Source of the DNA: Tepidisphaera sp.
GTDB lineage: Bacteria > Planctomycetota > Phycisphaerae > Phycisphaerales > UBA1924
Length of the DNA stretch: 64,000 nt
NCBI GenBank assembly: GCA_050916045.1
Contig: CP051526.1
Coordinates: forward strand, 1,536,001-1,600,000
Direction: 5' to 3'
Shown: positions 26,587 through 36,841 of the stretch, in pieces
Numbering within the stretch: position 1 is the first letter of the stretch
How the letters are laid out: each line of letters starts with the position of its first letter
Translations under genes and position numbers: made by a program
The notes under the pieces: model-generated
Told to the model about the DNA's origin: nothing
Databases searched by the model: none
Seen by the model: only the letters and a program-made list of their open reading frames with translations

Positions 26587-29513
26587 GGCTTGCCCTCCCG
26601 GTACGAGTTGGCGACCACGCCGTACTGCAGCGGGAGCGGCAGGCCGTCGGGGAGGCCCATGCTGGGGTCAAAGTCGATGGTGATCTTGCCATACCCGTGG
26701 AACGGGACGGCGACCGCGTTGGGGTACTGCGCCGGGCTCGGCGGGTTGTTGGGGCCAAAGTCCGCGAGGCCGTCGCCGTTGACGTCGTACCCGACGATCC
26801 GCTGCCCGTTCACGATCGGCAGCGAGCTGGGGTCCAGCGACTCGTTGTCGCCGTCGGTGGGGCCGAAGTAACCCAGCGTCGTGTTGAAGCCCGCGGGGTT
26901 GCCCACGGGGTTGCCCAGCGCGTCGCGGAGCGGCGCCTGGCCGTACGAGGGCGCGAAGGTCAGCACCAGCGCCCCGTTGATCGTCGTGTTGCCGCGAGCG
27001 TCGAGCACGCCCGCCACGATCGTCCCGCCCAGGCGGACGTTCTGCGAGTTCGGGCTGTTGAAGCTGCCCAGATCCACCGAGTAGCCCGGGAGCATCATCG
27101 AGCTCTTCGCGATCTGCGACATGTCCGAAGAGTCCGGGTTGTAGAGAGCGTTGTCGGGCTGCTCGGGGTGGCGCGTCGAGAACCGGGTCGCGCCCGTGAA
27201 CTGAAGCTTGTTCCGCGAGTGCGTGTAGTTCGTCGGGCTGTCGGAGACCAGCGAGCCCACCACCAGGCAGTCATGGAACCGGATGTTGTTGCTCAGAGGC
27301 TTGGTATCGGTGATGCGTTTCCCGTTGACAACGAGCGGGTTGGGGAGCAGGTTGTAGCCGATGGTGACCAGGGCCTGCGCTGCGGTGAGGTCGGCTTTGT
27401 CCATCGGCGTCGTCGCCATCAGGATCATCTGCTGCGGCGGGATGGCCGTGGCGGGCAGCATGGTCGGGTAGCTCGTCTCGCCGGACTGGTCGCCGTAGAT
27501 GATGCGGACGGCGGAGGGCTCCGGGAGGTTGTCCACCGTGGAGAGCTGCATCTTGCCGTACTCCGACCACAACAGGTGCGTGTTGTCGGAGGTCGTGCGG
27601 ACGAGCGTCACGCCGATGAAGGTGCAGTTGCGGAAGAGCGCGTTGGTGCCCACCGGGATCACGACGTTGCGGAACGTCATGTTCTCGAACACCGGCCGGT
27701 AGTACCAGTCGGAGTAGGTCGGCGAGTTGAAGGGCATCTTCTCGTAGTAGGCCGTCGCGTAGTTGTCCGGCCGGCCGTCCAGGTTCGCGTCCGCATCCAC
27801 GCGGAGGAAGCGAGGCTGGGTCGTGCCGGCTGGCTGGGACTCGACGTACGTCGCCAGGGCCGCCACCGAGACGCCAAGCTGGCTCGCGACCTGCTGGTCA
27901 AACGCGTTGCCGTCCGCCAGAGCGCCCAGCACCTGACGGGCGGTGTCAAAGCTCGCCGCGTTCAGCGTCGGCATGACCGAGTTGCTCACGCCGAAGGTCA
28001 TCGGGGAACGGTTCCGCCCCGCGATGATCGGCCCGCGGACGCGCGAGAGATAGTTCGCGCCCTGGCCGGCTTGCCACGCGGCCGCCGTCGAGCGGAACAT
28101 CACGCGGCCACCCACCTTGCGGTACTGGTCTCGATAGTCCAGCACGCCGTCGCGGTACCCGAGCACCTGATCGCGGTTGCAGAGGGGCTGGGCCTGCGAG
28201 GGGTCGATGTCGTTGAAGGACTCGCCGGAATCCCAGCGGCCGTTGTTGTTGAGGTCAGTGAAGCCCGAGACCTTGTTCTTGTTCCGGTCCGGGTTCGCCG
28301 AGTCGATCAGCAGCCCCATGTCGTCGTCGATCGCGATCCCGCCGCTGCCCACGAACTCCGCCGCGAGATCCGACGAGGGCGTGCCCGCTCGCAGCGAGTC
28401 CGACAGGGCGACCTTGCCGTCGCCGTTGGCATCAAAGTGCTTGAGGAAGATGTCGAACTCGTCCACGAACCCGTCGCGGGTCACGTCGGCGAACGCGGCG
28501 TCGGGTCGGCCGTCGCCGTCGTAGTCCGTCGTGCCGCTGGGAACGCCCCGCGACTCGGTGGCGTGCCCCACGCGAAGACGGTTGTCCTTGTCGGTGTCGT
28601 ACTGCGACACGCCAGTGAAGAACGCGTTGAGCTTCTGGTCAAGGACCGAGTTGAGGCCGAGGAAATCCGAACGGATGATCAGCGGGTCGCCCTGCGAGAA
28701 GTTCGTCCCCGTGAACCCCGCGCACAGGTCGCCGTTGACCAGCACGTTCTTGCCAATCATCACCTTGCTCGGCGACATGACCGCCTGGTTCACACGCTTG
28801 GCAAGCCGGAAGTCCTGCGTGATCGTCCGCGAGATCGGCGTGCCGTTGCGCGTGTAGGACAGGTCGTACCCCGTCACGATGACGCGCACGTCCGTGCCGT
28901 TCTCGAGGGGAGCGTAGATGATCTGGTAGCAAAGCGGGGTCGTCGAGCCCGACTCGATGCTCACCGCGGGCGTGAAGACCCAGTTGCGCTGCGCATAGTC
29001 GTCGTGGTTGAGCGTGGTGAGTGCGTTGCCGATCACCGGCTGCTCGAATCCGAGGGCGGAGACCACGTTCTGGTCCGCGGCGTGGCGGTTGGCCAGCGCC
29101 TGCGCGATGCCGAAAGGAAGCGACGCTTCGGTGAACCCCACCGGCGGCAGGATCTGGGAGCTTCCAAACGGGCTCAGGTCCCCTGACCAGGCCGCGGCCG
29201 CTGTGCTCGAGCTGATCGTGGAGTTGCCGACGATGAACCGCGCCGAAGCTTCGCGAAGCCTGGACTCCGCGATCGCCATGCCCGTCTCGGCCGCGCCCAG
29301 CACCCGCATGACGTGCACGTGCGTCGCCGCCGTCTTGATGTTGCCCTTGGAGGTGATCGCCATGGCCGCGGCCAGCGATCCGAACATGATGAGGAACATC
29401 ATCGCGACCACCGCCACCACGCCGCGCTTCCGCGCCGGGGCCTGACCGGCTTTGGCGAGAAGCCCCGCCGCGGTCCCCGTGCCCGAACTGCCCTTGCGAT
29501 TCCAGAAACGCAT
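26583..29513 (-). CDS. Large PilX/GspK-like minor pilin (about 976 aa)
   Basis: RKRG|VVAVVAMMFLIMFGSLAAAM without Glu5; AAETG motif; many DxDxDG/DxNxDG loops. Confidence 0.72.
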   Translation of the reverse strand: MRFWNRKGSSGTGTAAGLLAKAGQAPARKRGVVAVVAMMFLIMFGSLAAAMAITSKGNIKTAATHVHVMRVLGAAETGMAIAESRLREASARFIVGNSTISSSTAAAAWSGDLSPFGSSQILPPVGFTEASLPFGIAQALANRHAADQNVVSALGFEQPVIGNALTTLNHDDYAQRNWVFTPAVSIESGSTTPLCYQIIYAPLENGTDVRVIVTGYDLSYTRNGTPISRTITQDFRLAKRVNQAVMSPSKVMIGKNVLVNGDLCAGFTGTNFSQGDPLIIRSDFLGLNSVLDQKLNAFFTGVSQYDTDKDNRLRVGHATESRGVPSGTTDYDGDGRPDAAFADVTRDGFVDEFDIFLKHFDANGDGKVALSDSLRAGTPSSDLAAEFVGSGGIAIDDDMGLLIDSANPDRNKNKVSGFTDLNNNGRWDSGESFNDIDPSQAQPLCNRDQVLGYRDGVLDYRDQYRKVGGRVMFRSTAAAWQAGQGANYLSRVRGPIIAGRNRSPMTFGVSNSVMPTLNAASFDTARQVLGALADGNAFDQQVASQLGVSVAALATYVESQPAGTTQPRFLRVDADANLDGRPDNYATAYYEKMPFNSPTYSDWYYRPVFENMTFRNVVIPVGTNALFRNCTFIGVTLVRTTSDNTHLLWSEYGKMQLSTVDNLPEPSAVRIIYGDQSGETSYPTMLPATAIPPQQMILMATTPMDKADLTAAQALVTIGYNLLPNPLVVNGKRITDTKPLSNNIRFHDCLVVGSLVSDSPTNYTHSRNKLQFTGATRFSTRHPEQPDNALYNPDSSDMSQIAKSSMMLPGYSVDLGSFNSPNSQNVRLGGTIVAGVLDARGNTTINGALVLTFAPSYGQAPLRDALGNPVGNPAGFNTTLGYFGPTDGDNESLDPSSLPIVNGQRIVGYDVNGDGLADFGPNNPPSPAQYPNAVAVPFHGYGKITIDFDPSMGLPDGLPLPLQYGVVANSYREGKP

Positions 29514-29577
29514 GCTCGCTCCTCCCGTCCGAACCACACACCGATCCGCGTCCGCACCGCCCGTCCGAGCCCGCGCC

Positions 29578-30270
29578 TTACGGCGGAACCACCCACGATG
29601 TCCGTGTGATCTCGACGGGCTCGCTGTCCAGCGGTCCCTGGTACGAGACCACGACGGTCACGCGGAGCGGGAAGCCGTCGATGGGCGTCCCCGGGTCGTT
29701 CCCCGAGGCTCCGATCACGAAGTTGTCAGCCCGCACCGTGCCGAAGTTCAGCGGGTCCAGCTTTTCGACCGTGACCGACTGGAACCACCCGGTCATCGCA
29801 CGCGTCATGCCGTCTTCATTGACGACCACCACGCCGTTCTCGTCGGTGGCCGGGACGAGTTCGCCCAGCGCATTGATGGGGCCCTCGAACCCGCCGAGGC
29901 CGAAGCTGATCCCATCCAGGTCGTCGATGTCGTTGATGTCGGAGATGTCCGACTCGTTGCCCTCAAGGCCCCAGCCGGCGAGGGCGCCGCCGTTCTCCGT
30001 GTCCAGATAAAGGCTGACGACCGGATCGTGTCGCGGCAAGCGGCGCGAAAGCTCGCGGATCTCGTTGGCGAGGTACGCGCCGGTCGCGGCCTGGCTCGAC
30101 CATCCGTTGTTGCGGATGAACGACTGCTGCGCCTCGACGAAGGCCAGAACGCCGACGCCGATGATCACGAGCGCCATGCTGGTTTCGAGAAGGGTGAATC
30201 CCCTTCGGATCATCCCCGGAGCCGTGCCCGTGGATGCGAGCAGCCTGCGAGGCGTGAGACTGAACTTCAT
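29578..30270 (-). CDS. Type IV pilin-like protein (PilV/GspI-like)
   Basis: RRG|FTLLETSMALVIIGVGVLA. Confidence 0.82.
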   Translation of the reverse strand: MKFSLTPRRLLASTGTAPGMIRRGFTLLETSMALVIIGVGVLAFVEAQQSFIRNNGWSSQAATGAYLANEIRELSRRLPRHDPVVSLYLDTENGGALAGWGLEGNESDISDINDIDDLDGISFGLGGFEGPINALGELVPATDENGVVVVNEDGMTRAMTGWFQSVTVEKLDPLNFGTVRADNFVIGASGNDPGTPIDGFPLRVTVVVSYQGPLDSEPVEITRTSWVVPP

Positions 30271-30335
30271 AGAACCAGACCTCCCGCGTGTTCTCGGGCT
30301 CGGGGCCCCGCGAACTCCGCTGCTCAAAGATCGGA

Positions 30336-31562
30336 TTACTTCACGATCTGGCTCATCTTGAAGATGGGGAGAATGACCGCCATCGCGATAAACCCGACGA
30401 TCGTGCCCATGGCAAGGATCATGAGGGGCTCGATCATTCCGGTAACCGCCTTGATCGCGTCCTTGAGCTGCTTGGCGTAATAGACCGAGATCTCGTCGAG
30501 CACCTCGCCCAGCTTGCCGGCTTCCTCACCCGCGGAGATCATTTGCGTCACCGCTTTGGGAAGCAGGTTGTCCTTCTGGAGCGGGGTGACGATCTTCTTG
30601 CCCGTCTTGACCGCCGTGTAGACCTTCTTCCACATGCCCCGATAAAGCTGGTTGCCCGAGATTTCGCCCGTGATGGCCAGCGTGTCCAGAAGCGGCACGC
30701 CGGCGTTGACAAGCTGGCCCATCGTCTGCAGGCTTCGGCTGATGTAAAGCGACCGGAACATCGTCCGCACGATCGGCACCCGAAGCTTGGCCGTGTCCAC
30801 CCAGAACGAGCCAAGCTCGGTTCGGGTGAAAGCGTACAGGCCGCCGCCGCCCACGACGATGCACCCCAGGATGTACGGCCAGTAGGCCACCATCCCGCGC
30901 GAAAGGCCCATCAGGAACGTCGTCGCCCAGGGCAGCACGTCTTCCTTGCCCTCGAACACCGAATAGAACTTGGGCAGCACGAACGTGAGCAGGAACACGG
31001 TGACGCCGATCGCGAGCGTGCCGATCACGCTGGGGTAGATCGCGGCGCCGATGACCATCTTCTTGGTCTCAATCTGCTGCGCGATGTACGCCGCGATCCG
31101 GTCGAGCATCTTCGAGAAGTTGCCGGCCATCTCCGACGCCCGCACCATGTTGATGTACAGGGCGCCGAAAAGCTTGGGCTGGCGGGCGAGCGCTTCGGAG
31201 AACTGCTTGCCGGCTTCCACGTCCGTCTTGAGCTGGACGAGGATCCTCTTGAACCCGGCGTGCTCGGTCTGGTCGGCGATGCCTTCCAAAGCGGCGCGGA
31301 GGTTGATGCCGGCGCGGATCATGACGGCGAGCTGCGTGGTGAAGTCCAGGACGTGCTTCTGGGTCGGCTTGCCCGTCTGCATCTCGCGCAGCTTGCCCAT
31401 GAACCCGCTGCTGCTCGCCATGTTGGCGAGCGCGGAGACCTGCATGACGTGCAGGCCCTGGTTCCGCAGCACCGTGGCGGCGCTCGTGGCGTTGTCCGCC
31501 GCGAGGACGCCGACCTGCACCTGTCCCTGGGTGTTCCTGGCTTGGTATCGATAATTGGGCAT
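30336..31562 (-). CDS. pilC: Type IV pilus/T2SS platform protein (PilC/GspF family)
   Basis: FTTQLAVMIRAG, AGEEAGKL, MIEPLMIL, ILPIF. Confidence 0.92.
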   Translation of the reverse strand: MPNYRYQARNTQGQVQVGVLAADNATSAATVLRNQGLHVMQVSALANMASSSGFMGKLREMQTGKPTQKHVLDFTTQLAVMIRAGINLRAALEGIADQTEHAGFKRILVQLKTDVEAGKQFSEALARQPKLFGALYINMVRASEMAGNFSKMLDRIAAYIAQQIETKKMVIGAAIYPSVIGTLAIGVTVFLLTFVLPKFYSVFEGKEDVLPWATTFLMGLSRGMVAYWPYILGCIVVGGGGLYAFTRTELGSFWVDTAKLRVPIVRTMFRSLYISRSLQTMGQLVNAGVPLLDTLAITGEISGNQLYRGMWKKVYTAVKTGKKIVTPLQKDNLLPKAVTQMISAGEEAGKLGEVLDEISVYYAKQLKDAIKAVTGMIEPLMILAMGTIVGFIAMAVILPIFKMSQIVK

Positions 31563-31615
31563 GGGTAGACGGAGCCCTTCTGGTCAGATCGTGCGGTGGT
31601 GGGGAACGACGTGGA

Positions 31616-32674
31616 TCACGCGGCGAGCTGGCGTTCGAGCTTGTCGGGGTAGGCGGCCTGAGCGATCGCGTCCTCGCGGCTGATCATCCCGTTGAAGTAG
31701 AGCTCGGCGATCGAGCTGTCCAGGCTGCTCATTCCGATCGCCCGGCTGGTCTCGATCACGTTGGGGATTTCGAACGTGCGGGCTTCGCGGATCAGGTTTC
31801 GCACGGCCGGCGTGCACAGAAGCACCTCGACCGCCGGCACCATCCCCGGCCGGTCGATCCGGCGGAAAAGCGTCTGCGAAACGACCGCCTGAAGCGTGTT
31901 TGAAAGCATCGAGCGGATCTGGTTCTGCTGGCCGCCCGGGTACATGTCGATGATTCGCTCGACCGTCTGCGACGCGTTCACCGTGTGCAGCGTGCTCAAC
32001 ACCAAGTGCCCCGTTTCGGCCGCCGAGATCGCCAGCGCCGTCGTCTCCAGGTCTCGCATTTCGCCCACCAGGATGATGTCCGGGTCCTGACGAAGGATGT
32101 GCTTCAGGCCCGACGCAAAGCTCGGCATGTCCTGCCCAAGCTCACGCTGCTCGATCGTGCACTTGTCCGAGTTGAAGACGTATTCGACCGGGTCCTCAAG
32201 CGTGATGATGTGCTTGCTGTACCGCTGATTCATCGCCGAGATCATCGCGGCAAGCGTCGTCGACTTACCCGAACCCGTGTCCCCCGTGACGAGCACCAGC
32301 CCGCGGGGAAGGTACGTCAGACGTGCGATGACCTCGGGCAAGCTCAGGTTCGCCAAAGGCGGCACCTTCGTCTTGATCATTCGCATCGCAAACGCCACGG
32401 CGCCCTTCTGACGGTGGGCGTTCACGCGGTAGCGGGCCAGCCCGTCCGCGAAGTACGAGAAGTCCGAGTCGTGGTTCTTCTCGAAGGTCGCTTGCGACTC
32501 CTTCGTCGCCATCTGGAGCAGGAACCCCTGCGCCGTGTCCTTGGCGATGATCCCGAACTCCACCATCGGCGTCATCACCTGGTTGATCCGGCAGACCGGC
32601 GTCTGACCCGCGATCAGGTGCACGTCCGAAGCGTCCAACTCATAAGCCTTCTTCAGAATCTGGTGCAGGTCCAC
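31616..32674 (-). CDS. pilT: PilT/PilU family pilus ATPase
   Basis: ASDVHL, GDTGSGKSTT, TLEDPVE, DPDIILVGEMRD, AETGHLVLSTLHT, AVRNLIRE; GTG start after GGAGGAG. Confidence 0.9.
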   Translation of the reverse strand: MDLHQILKKAYELDASDVHLIAGQTPVCRINQVMTPMVEFGIIAKDTAQGFLLQMATKESQATFEKNHDSDFSYFADGLARYRVNAHRQKGAVAFAMRMIKTKVPPLANLSLPEVIARLTYLPRGLVLVTGDTGSGKSTTLAAMISAMNQRYSKHIITLEDPVEYVFNSDKCTIEQRELGQDMPSFASGLKHILRQDPDIILVGEMRDLETTALAISAAETGHLVLSTLHTVNASQTVERIIDMYPGGQQNQIRSMLSNTLQAVVSQTLFRRIDRPGMVPAVEVLLCTPAVRNLIREARTFEIPNVIETSRAIGMSSLDSSIAELYFNGMISREDAIAQAAYPDKLERQLAA

Positions 32675-32870
32675 AGCGTGCTCCTCCGGGGGTTCGGGTC
32701 TTCGGGGAAACCATCGGCGATTCCCCGACCCCGGATAAGCGGCAGACACGATTCATCTGCGGCCCGAGCCGACCCCCCGAGGTCCGAGATCACCGGGGAC
32801 CCCGGACTGGCGTACGAATCGACGGCCCCGTCGCATGGCGTTCCCCGCGTCGCGGTACCATGAAGAACGA

Positions 32871-33737
32871 ATGATGCCCGCGACAGGCCATTCTGACGAC
32901 ATCCCTGCGTCGTGCGACCGCGCGATGCGGCACGTCCGAGAGCGCTGCGCCGGCGAACCCATGGACGGAGAGCTCCGCGTCTGCGTGCACTTCCACCCCG
33001 ACCGCCTCGTGCTCGGCGAGCCGATCCTCGAACGGATCGGCCGCGAAGGTGTTTACCGGTCGCAGTTCGAGACCGGCCATAGCAACGGCGGCCTCACCGC
33101 ACACCCGGGCGGCGACCGCTGGCGATGGGAAAGCCGGATCTTCGGCGGCGCCTACGACGACGCTCCGGCGCACGAGCGTCCCAAGTACGGTGCGCTCAAC
33201 TTTCGCGGTTCCGGGTATGGAGCTTCGCCCCGCTTTGGCTCATCCCATTTGCGTCTCAACGCCGGGACGCTTCGGCGAACAACCTTCTGTTATCCGGACA
33301 GCGTCTACAACCCCGATCACTTCGGCACCGCCGACCGAATGCCGCTGATACCCCTCGCCGCCGCCAGACGCGACGACCCGCTGGACGAGTACATCGAAGC
33401 CCATGTCCACGGGCCGATTCTTCTCCCCCGCGATGTGGAAGCCCTCGTCCTGGATCCCTGCTATCGCGGCACGGACATCGAACGGCAAGCCGAGACGCTG
33501 GGTTGCCCGGTCGAGTGGCACTCCGGGTTCACCCTCTCGACGGAGGTCCTCTGCGCCTTCCCGGAGTATCGCGGACGTCAGTTCGTCGCTCTCGGTGTGA
33601 CACTCGCTCACGCCGGTGTCCTCACCCCGCGCCTGATCGGCGATGCCTCCCGCCGCGGCGAGCACGATGAGCAATCGCTCAAGCGCGTCTGGCACTACCT
33701 CGCCCGTTTCGGGGCCGAAACGACGTTCCAGCGGTGA
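32871..33737 (+). CDS. DUF3626-like protein
   Basis: HFHPDR, YRSQFETGHSNGGL, ERPKYGALN, PRFGSSHL, YIEAHVHG. Confidence 0.8.
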   Translation: MMPATGHSDDIPASCDRAMRHVRERCAGEPMDGELRVCVHFHPDRLVLGEPILERIGREGVYRSQFETGHSNGGLTAHPGGDRWRWESRIFGGAYDDAPAHERPKYGALNFRGSGYGASPRFGSSHLRLNAGTLRRTTFCYPDSVYNPDHFGTADRMPLIPLAAARRDDPLDEYIEAHVHGPILLPRDVEALVLDPCYRGTDIERQAETLGCPVEWHSGFTLSTEVLCAFPEYRGRQFVALGVTLAHAGVLTPRLIGDASRRGEHDEQSLKRVWHYLARFGAETTFQR

Positions 33738-33784
33738 ACCCGCTCGCCGTGACGAGCGATCCGGCTTCCTGTAGGATGCTCACC

Positions 33785-36700
33785 ATGCGAATCCTCTTGC
33801 TCGCCTCCGTGCTCGGTCTCTGTTCCGCCGCTCTCGCTCAGCCCCAGGCCGCCGCTCAGAGCGGCACCCCCGCCTGGAAGCCCGTCGAGGGCAAGCTCAT
33901 GTCGAAATGGGCGAAGGATGTCGACCCCAAGAACCCCTGGCCCGAGTACCCGCGCCCGACCATGGTCCGCGAACGCTGGCAGAACCTCAACGGCCTCTGG
34001 GATTACGCCATTCTCCCCAGCAACCAATCCGACACCATCGTCAAGCCCGACGGTCAGATCCTCGTCCCCTTCCCCGTCGAATCCGCCCTCTCAGGCGTCG
34101 GCCGCCGCGTCACCCCCGACCAAACCCTCCACTACAAACGCACCTTCACCGTCCCCGCCGACTGGCGCACCAACGAGCAGCGCGTCCTGCTCCATTTCGG
34201 AGCCGTCGACTGGCACGCCGTCGTCAAAGTCAACGGCAAGCTTGTTGAAGTTCATCTTGGTGGTTACGACCCCTTCTATTGTGACATTACCAATCAACTC
34301 AACCCCGAAGGCGACAACACACTCACCGTCGAGGTGAGAGACCCCACCGACACCGGCGGCCAACCCCGCGGCAAACAATGGGCCGACCCCCACGGCATCT
34401 GGTACACACCCACCACCGGCATCTGGCAGACCGTGTGGATCGAGCCGGTGCCGAAAGCCCACCTCCCGTTTGTTGGTGTGACCAGAGCGGATGCGAGCGG
34501 CGTTGTCAACTTTCAATTCTCATTCGACCTCGGATTTGATATCGGTGATCAGCACCCGGACGGGTTGTACAAGACCTCCGGCACAATCTCGCGCAAAGGA
34601 GCCGTCGTCGCGAAGTTCGATGGTCTCAACGCTCTCGTGCGCGACCCGGAACTGTGGTCCCCTGATTCGCCGACACTTTACGACTACGAGTTCACGCTCG
34701 AAGTCAAAGGTGCGAAAGACACCGTCAGAGGCTACCTCGCGTTCCGCGATGTCAAACTCGCCAAAGACGATGCTGGTGTCCAACGCCTGTTCCTCAACGG
34801 CAAGCCCACGTTCATGTTCGGCCCCCTCGACCAAGGCTTCTGGCCCGACGGCCTTTACACGCCCCCAACCGAAGCCGCGATGCAGTTCGACATCGAAGCC
34901 GCGAAAAGGATGGGCTGCAACATGCTCCGCAAGCATGTCAAGGTCGAGTCCGAGCGCTTCTACTACCTCTGCGACAAGCTCGGCATCATGGTCTGGCAAG
35001 ACATCCCAAGCCCGTTCTTTAAGACTGGGACCCCCAAACCGACCGACGAGAACTTCAGCCAGCCCGCGATCAGTGATGCGTGGAAAGCCAACTTCACCAA
35101 CGAGATGCAGCAGATCATCGAGCATAATCGGCACCACCCCTCCATCGTCATGTGGGTCCCGTGGAATGAAGGCTGGGGCCAGAACGACCTCCAATGGTCC
35201 AAGACCGTTGTCGACGCTTTCAAAGACTTCGACCCCTCCCGCCTGATCAACTGCGCCTCCGGCTGGACCGACACCGGCAACGGCGACGTCCTCGACATCC
35301 ACATCTACCCCGGCCCCGCGACGACGACGCTTCAGAAGGATCGAGCGGTCGTTCTCGGCGAATACGGCGGCTTGGGCCTCCCCATCGACGGCCACACCTG
35401 GCAGAAGAAGGACAACTGGGGCTACGTCTCGTACAAGTCCAAGGAAGAGGTCACGAAAGCCTACCTCGACCAGCTCCGCCAGATCCCCTCGCTCATCGCT
35501 CAGGGCCTCGCCGCCGCCGTCTACACGCAGACCACCGACGTCGAGATCGAGACCAACGGCTGGCTCACCTACGACCGCGAGATCTGGAAGATCGACCCCG
35601 AGCAAGCCCGCCCGCTCACGCTCGCCCTCTACGCCCCGCCGCCCACCATCAAGACGCTCGTTGCGCGAGCCGGCGACCTCAGCGGTCAAGCCGCCGGCGA
35701 GTGGAAGTACACCACCACCAAGCCGGCCGACGGCTGGGAAAAGCCCGGCTTCGACGACTCCAAGTGGCAGACCGGCAAGGGCGGCTTTGGCACCAAAAAC
35801 ACCCCCGGCGCGATCATCGGCACCGAGTGGAACGGCAAGGAGATCTGGATCCGCCGCACCTTCGAAGCTCCCGCGTCCGTCGTCAATCCGCACCTCTCGA
35901 TTCACCACGATGAGGATGCCCAGGTCTACTTCAACGGCGAGATGGTGGCGACGTTCAACGGCTACACCAGCGGGTACAAGCTCTCGCAACTAGACGCCAA
36001 AGCCATCGACCTCCTCAAAGCAAACGCAGGCAAACAAATCACCCTCGCCGTCCACTGCTCCCAAACCACCGGCGGCCAGTACATCGACGTCGGACTTGTC
36101 GATGTCATGCCGCCGAAAGCGGCGATGGGCGAGAAACCGAAGGTGTACTTGGCGAAGTTCAAAGGTGAACTCGGGACCGACCTTACTCCGCAGCGATGGA
36201 AGTCCGAGCTCGAGGCCGCGATCGCGTCTTCAAATGTGATGATCATCGATTTTGATGTGGTTTCGACGCCCGTTCCCGGTCAAGCCGCCGAGGCACGTTC
36301 GGCCCTTCTGATGTCGCACACCGATTACGCGCAGTACATTCGTCCTTATGACGAGTCGCCAGCGATTCGGACCGTGCTTTGGATTCGTAACGCTCGCGGG
36401 GCGGCGTCGCTCATCCCTTGGTGGTGCTCAGAGATCTACATGAGGCCGAATGGGGTGATCGGCGGCTTTTCTGATATGTTCAAGAACGCGAACGGCGAGG
36501 TTCGATTTGGTGGCTTCGGCTCTTCGTTGCCTGCGGGGCATGTGCTGGTGAACGCGGAGAAGTCCGGATACTCGGCGAGACTCGTAAACGCGTATCTCAA
36601 CCCGCTGAATTCGTTCAGCTACGCCAAGGTCAATGGCGAGATTATCTATCTCGATCGTGAACCGCGCGAAGGAGAAATTCTGCTGGCGAACGAGTCGAAG

Positions 36701-36829
36701 AATCTTCTGTTTGATGCGGAATTGGCGAGAACGCTGGGTGTGTCGAAAGGCACGACGGATTCGCTTCCTGAGCTGCTTGCCATGCTTCAGATGCCCGATG
36801 CGATGGTGGTGGTCAGTCAGTTTCGGTGA
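33785..36829 (+). CDS. Secreted GH2 glycoside hydrolase with an extra C-terminal domain
   Basis: Signal peptide; PEYPRP, LNGLWDY, LHFGAVDW, GPLDQGFWPDG, RKHVKVE, WVPWNEGWGQ, GEYGG, YTQTTDVE. Confidence 0.9.
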   Translation: MRILLLASVLGLCSAALAQPQAAAQSGTPAWKPVEGKLMSKWAKDVDPKNPWPEYPRPTMVRERWQNLNGLWDYAILPSNQSDTIVKPDGQILVPFPVESALSGVGRRVTPDQTLHYKRTFTVPADWRTNEQRVLLHFGAVDWHAVVKVNGKLVEVHLGGYDPFYCDITNQLNPEGDNTLTVEVRDPTDTGGQPRGKQWADPHGIWYTPTTGIWQTVWIEPVPKAHLPFVGVTRADASGVVNFQFSFDLGFDIGDQHPDGLYKTSGTISRKGAVVAKFDGLNALVRDPELWSPDSPTLYDYEFTLEVKGAKDTVRGYLAFRDVKLAKDDAGVQRLFLNGKPTFMFGPLDQGFWPDGLYTPPTEAAMQFDIEAAKRMGCNMLRKHVKVESERFYYLCDKLGIMVWQDIPSPFFKTGTPKPTDENFSQPAISDAWKANFTNEMQQIIEHNRHHPSIVMWVPWNEGWGQNDLQWSKTVVDAFKDFDPSRLINCASGWTDTGNGDVLDIHIYPGPATTTLQKDRAVVLGEYGGLGLPIDGHTWQKKDNWGYVSYKSKEEVTKAYLDQLRQIPSLIAQGLAAAVYTQTTDVEIETNGWLTYDREIWKIDPEQARPLTLALYAPPPTIKTLVARAGDLSGQAAGEWKYTTTKPADGWEKPGFDDSKWQTGKGGFGTKNTPGAIIGTEWNGKEIWIRRTFEAPASVVNPHLSIHHDEDAQVYFNGEMVATFNGYTSGYKLSQLDAKAIDLLKANAGKQITLAVHCSQTTGGQYIDVGLVDVMPPKAAMGEKPKVYLAKFKGELGTDLTPQRWKSELEAAIASSNVMIIDFDVVSTPVPGQAAEARSALLMSHTDYAQYIRPYDESPAIRTVLWIRNARGAASLIPWWCSEIYMRPNGVIGGFSDMFKNANGEVRFGGFGSSLPAGHVLVNAEKSGYSARLVNAYLNPLNSFSYAKVNGEIIYLDREPREGEILLANESKNLLFDAELARTLGVSKGTTDSLPELLAMLQMPDAMVVVSQFR

Positions 36830-36841
36830 TTCCGAAGAGAT

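Noticed and set aside
34235..36829. Diversity-generating retroelement target in GH2
   Set aside because: No reverse transcriptase or template repeat is seen in the window.
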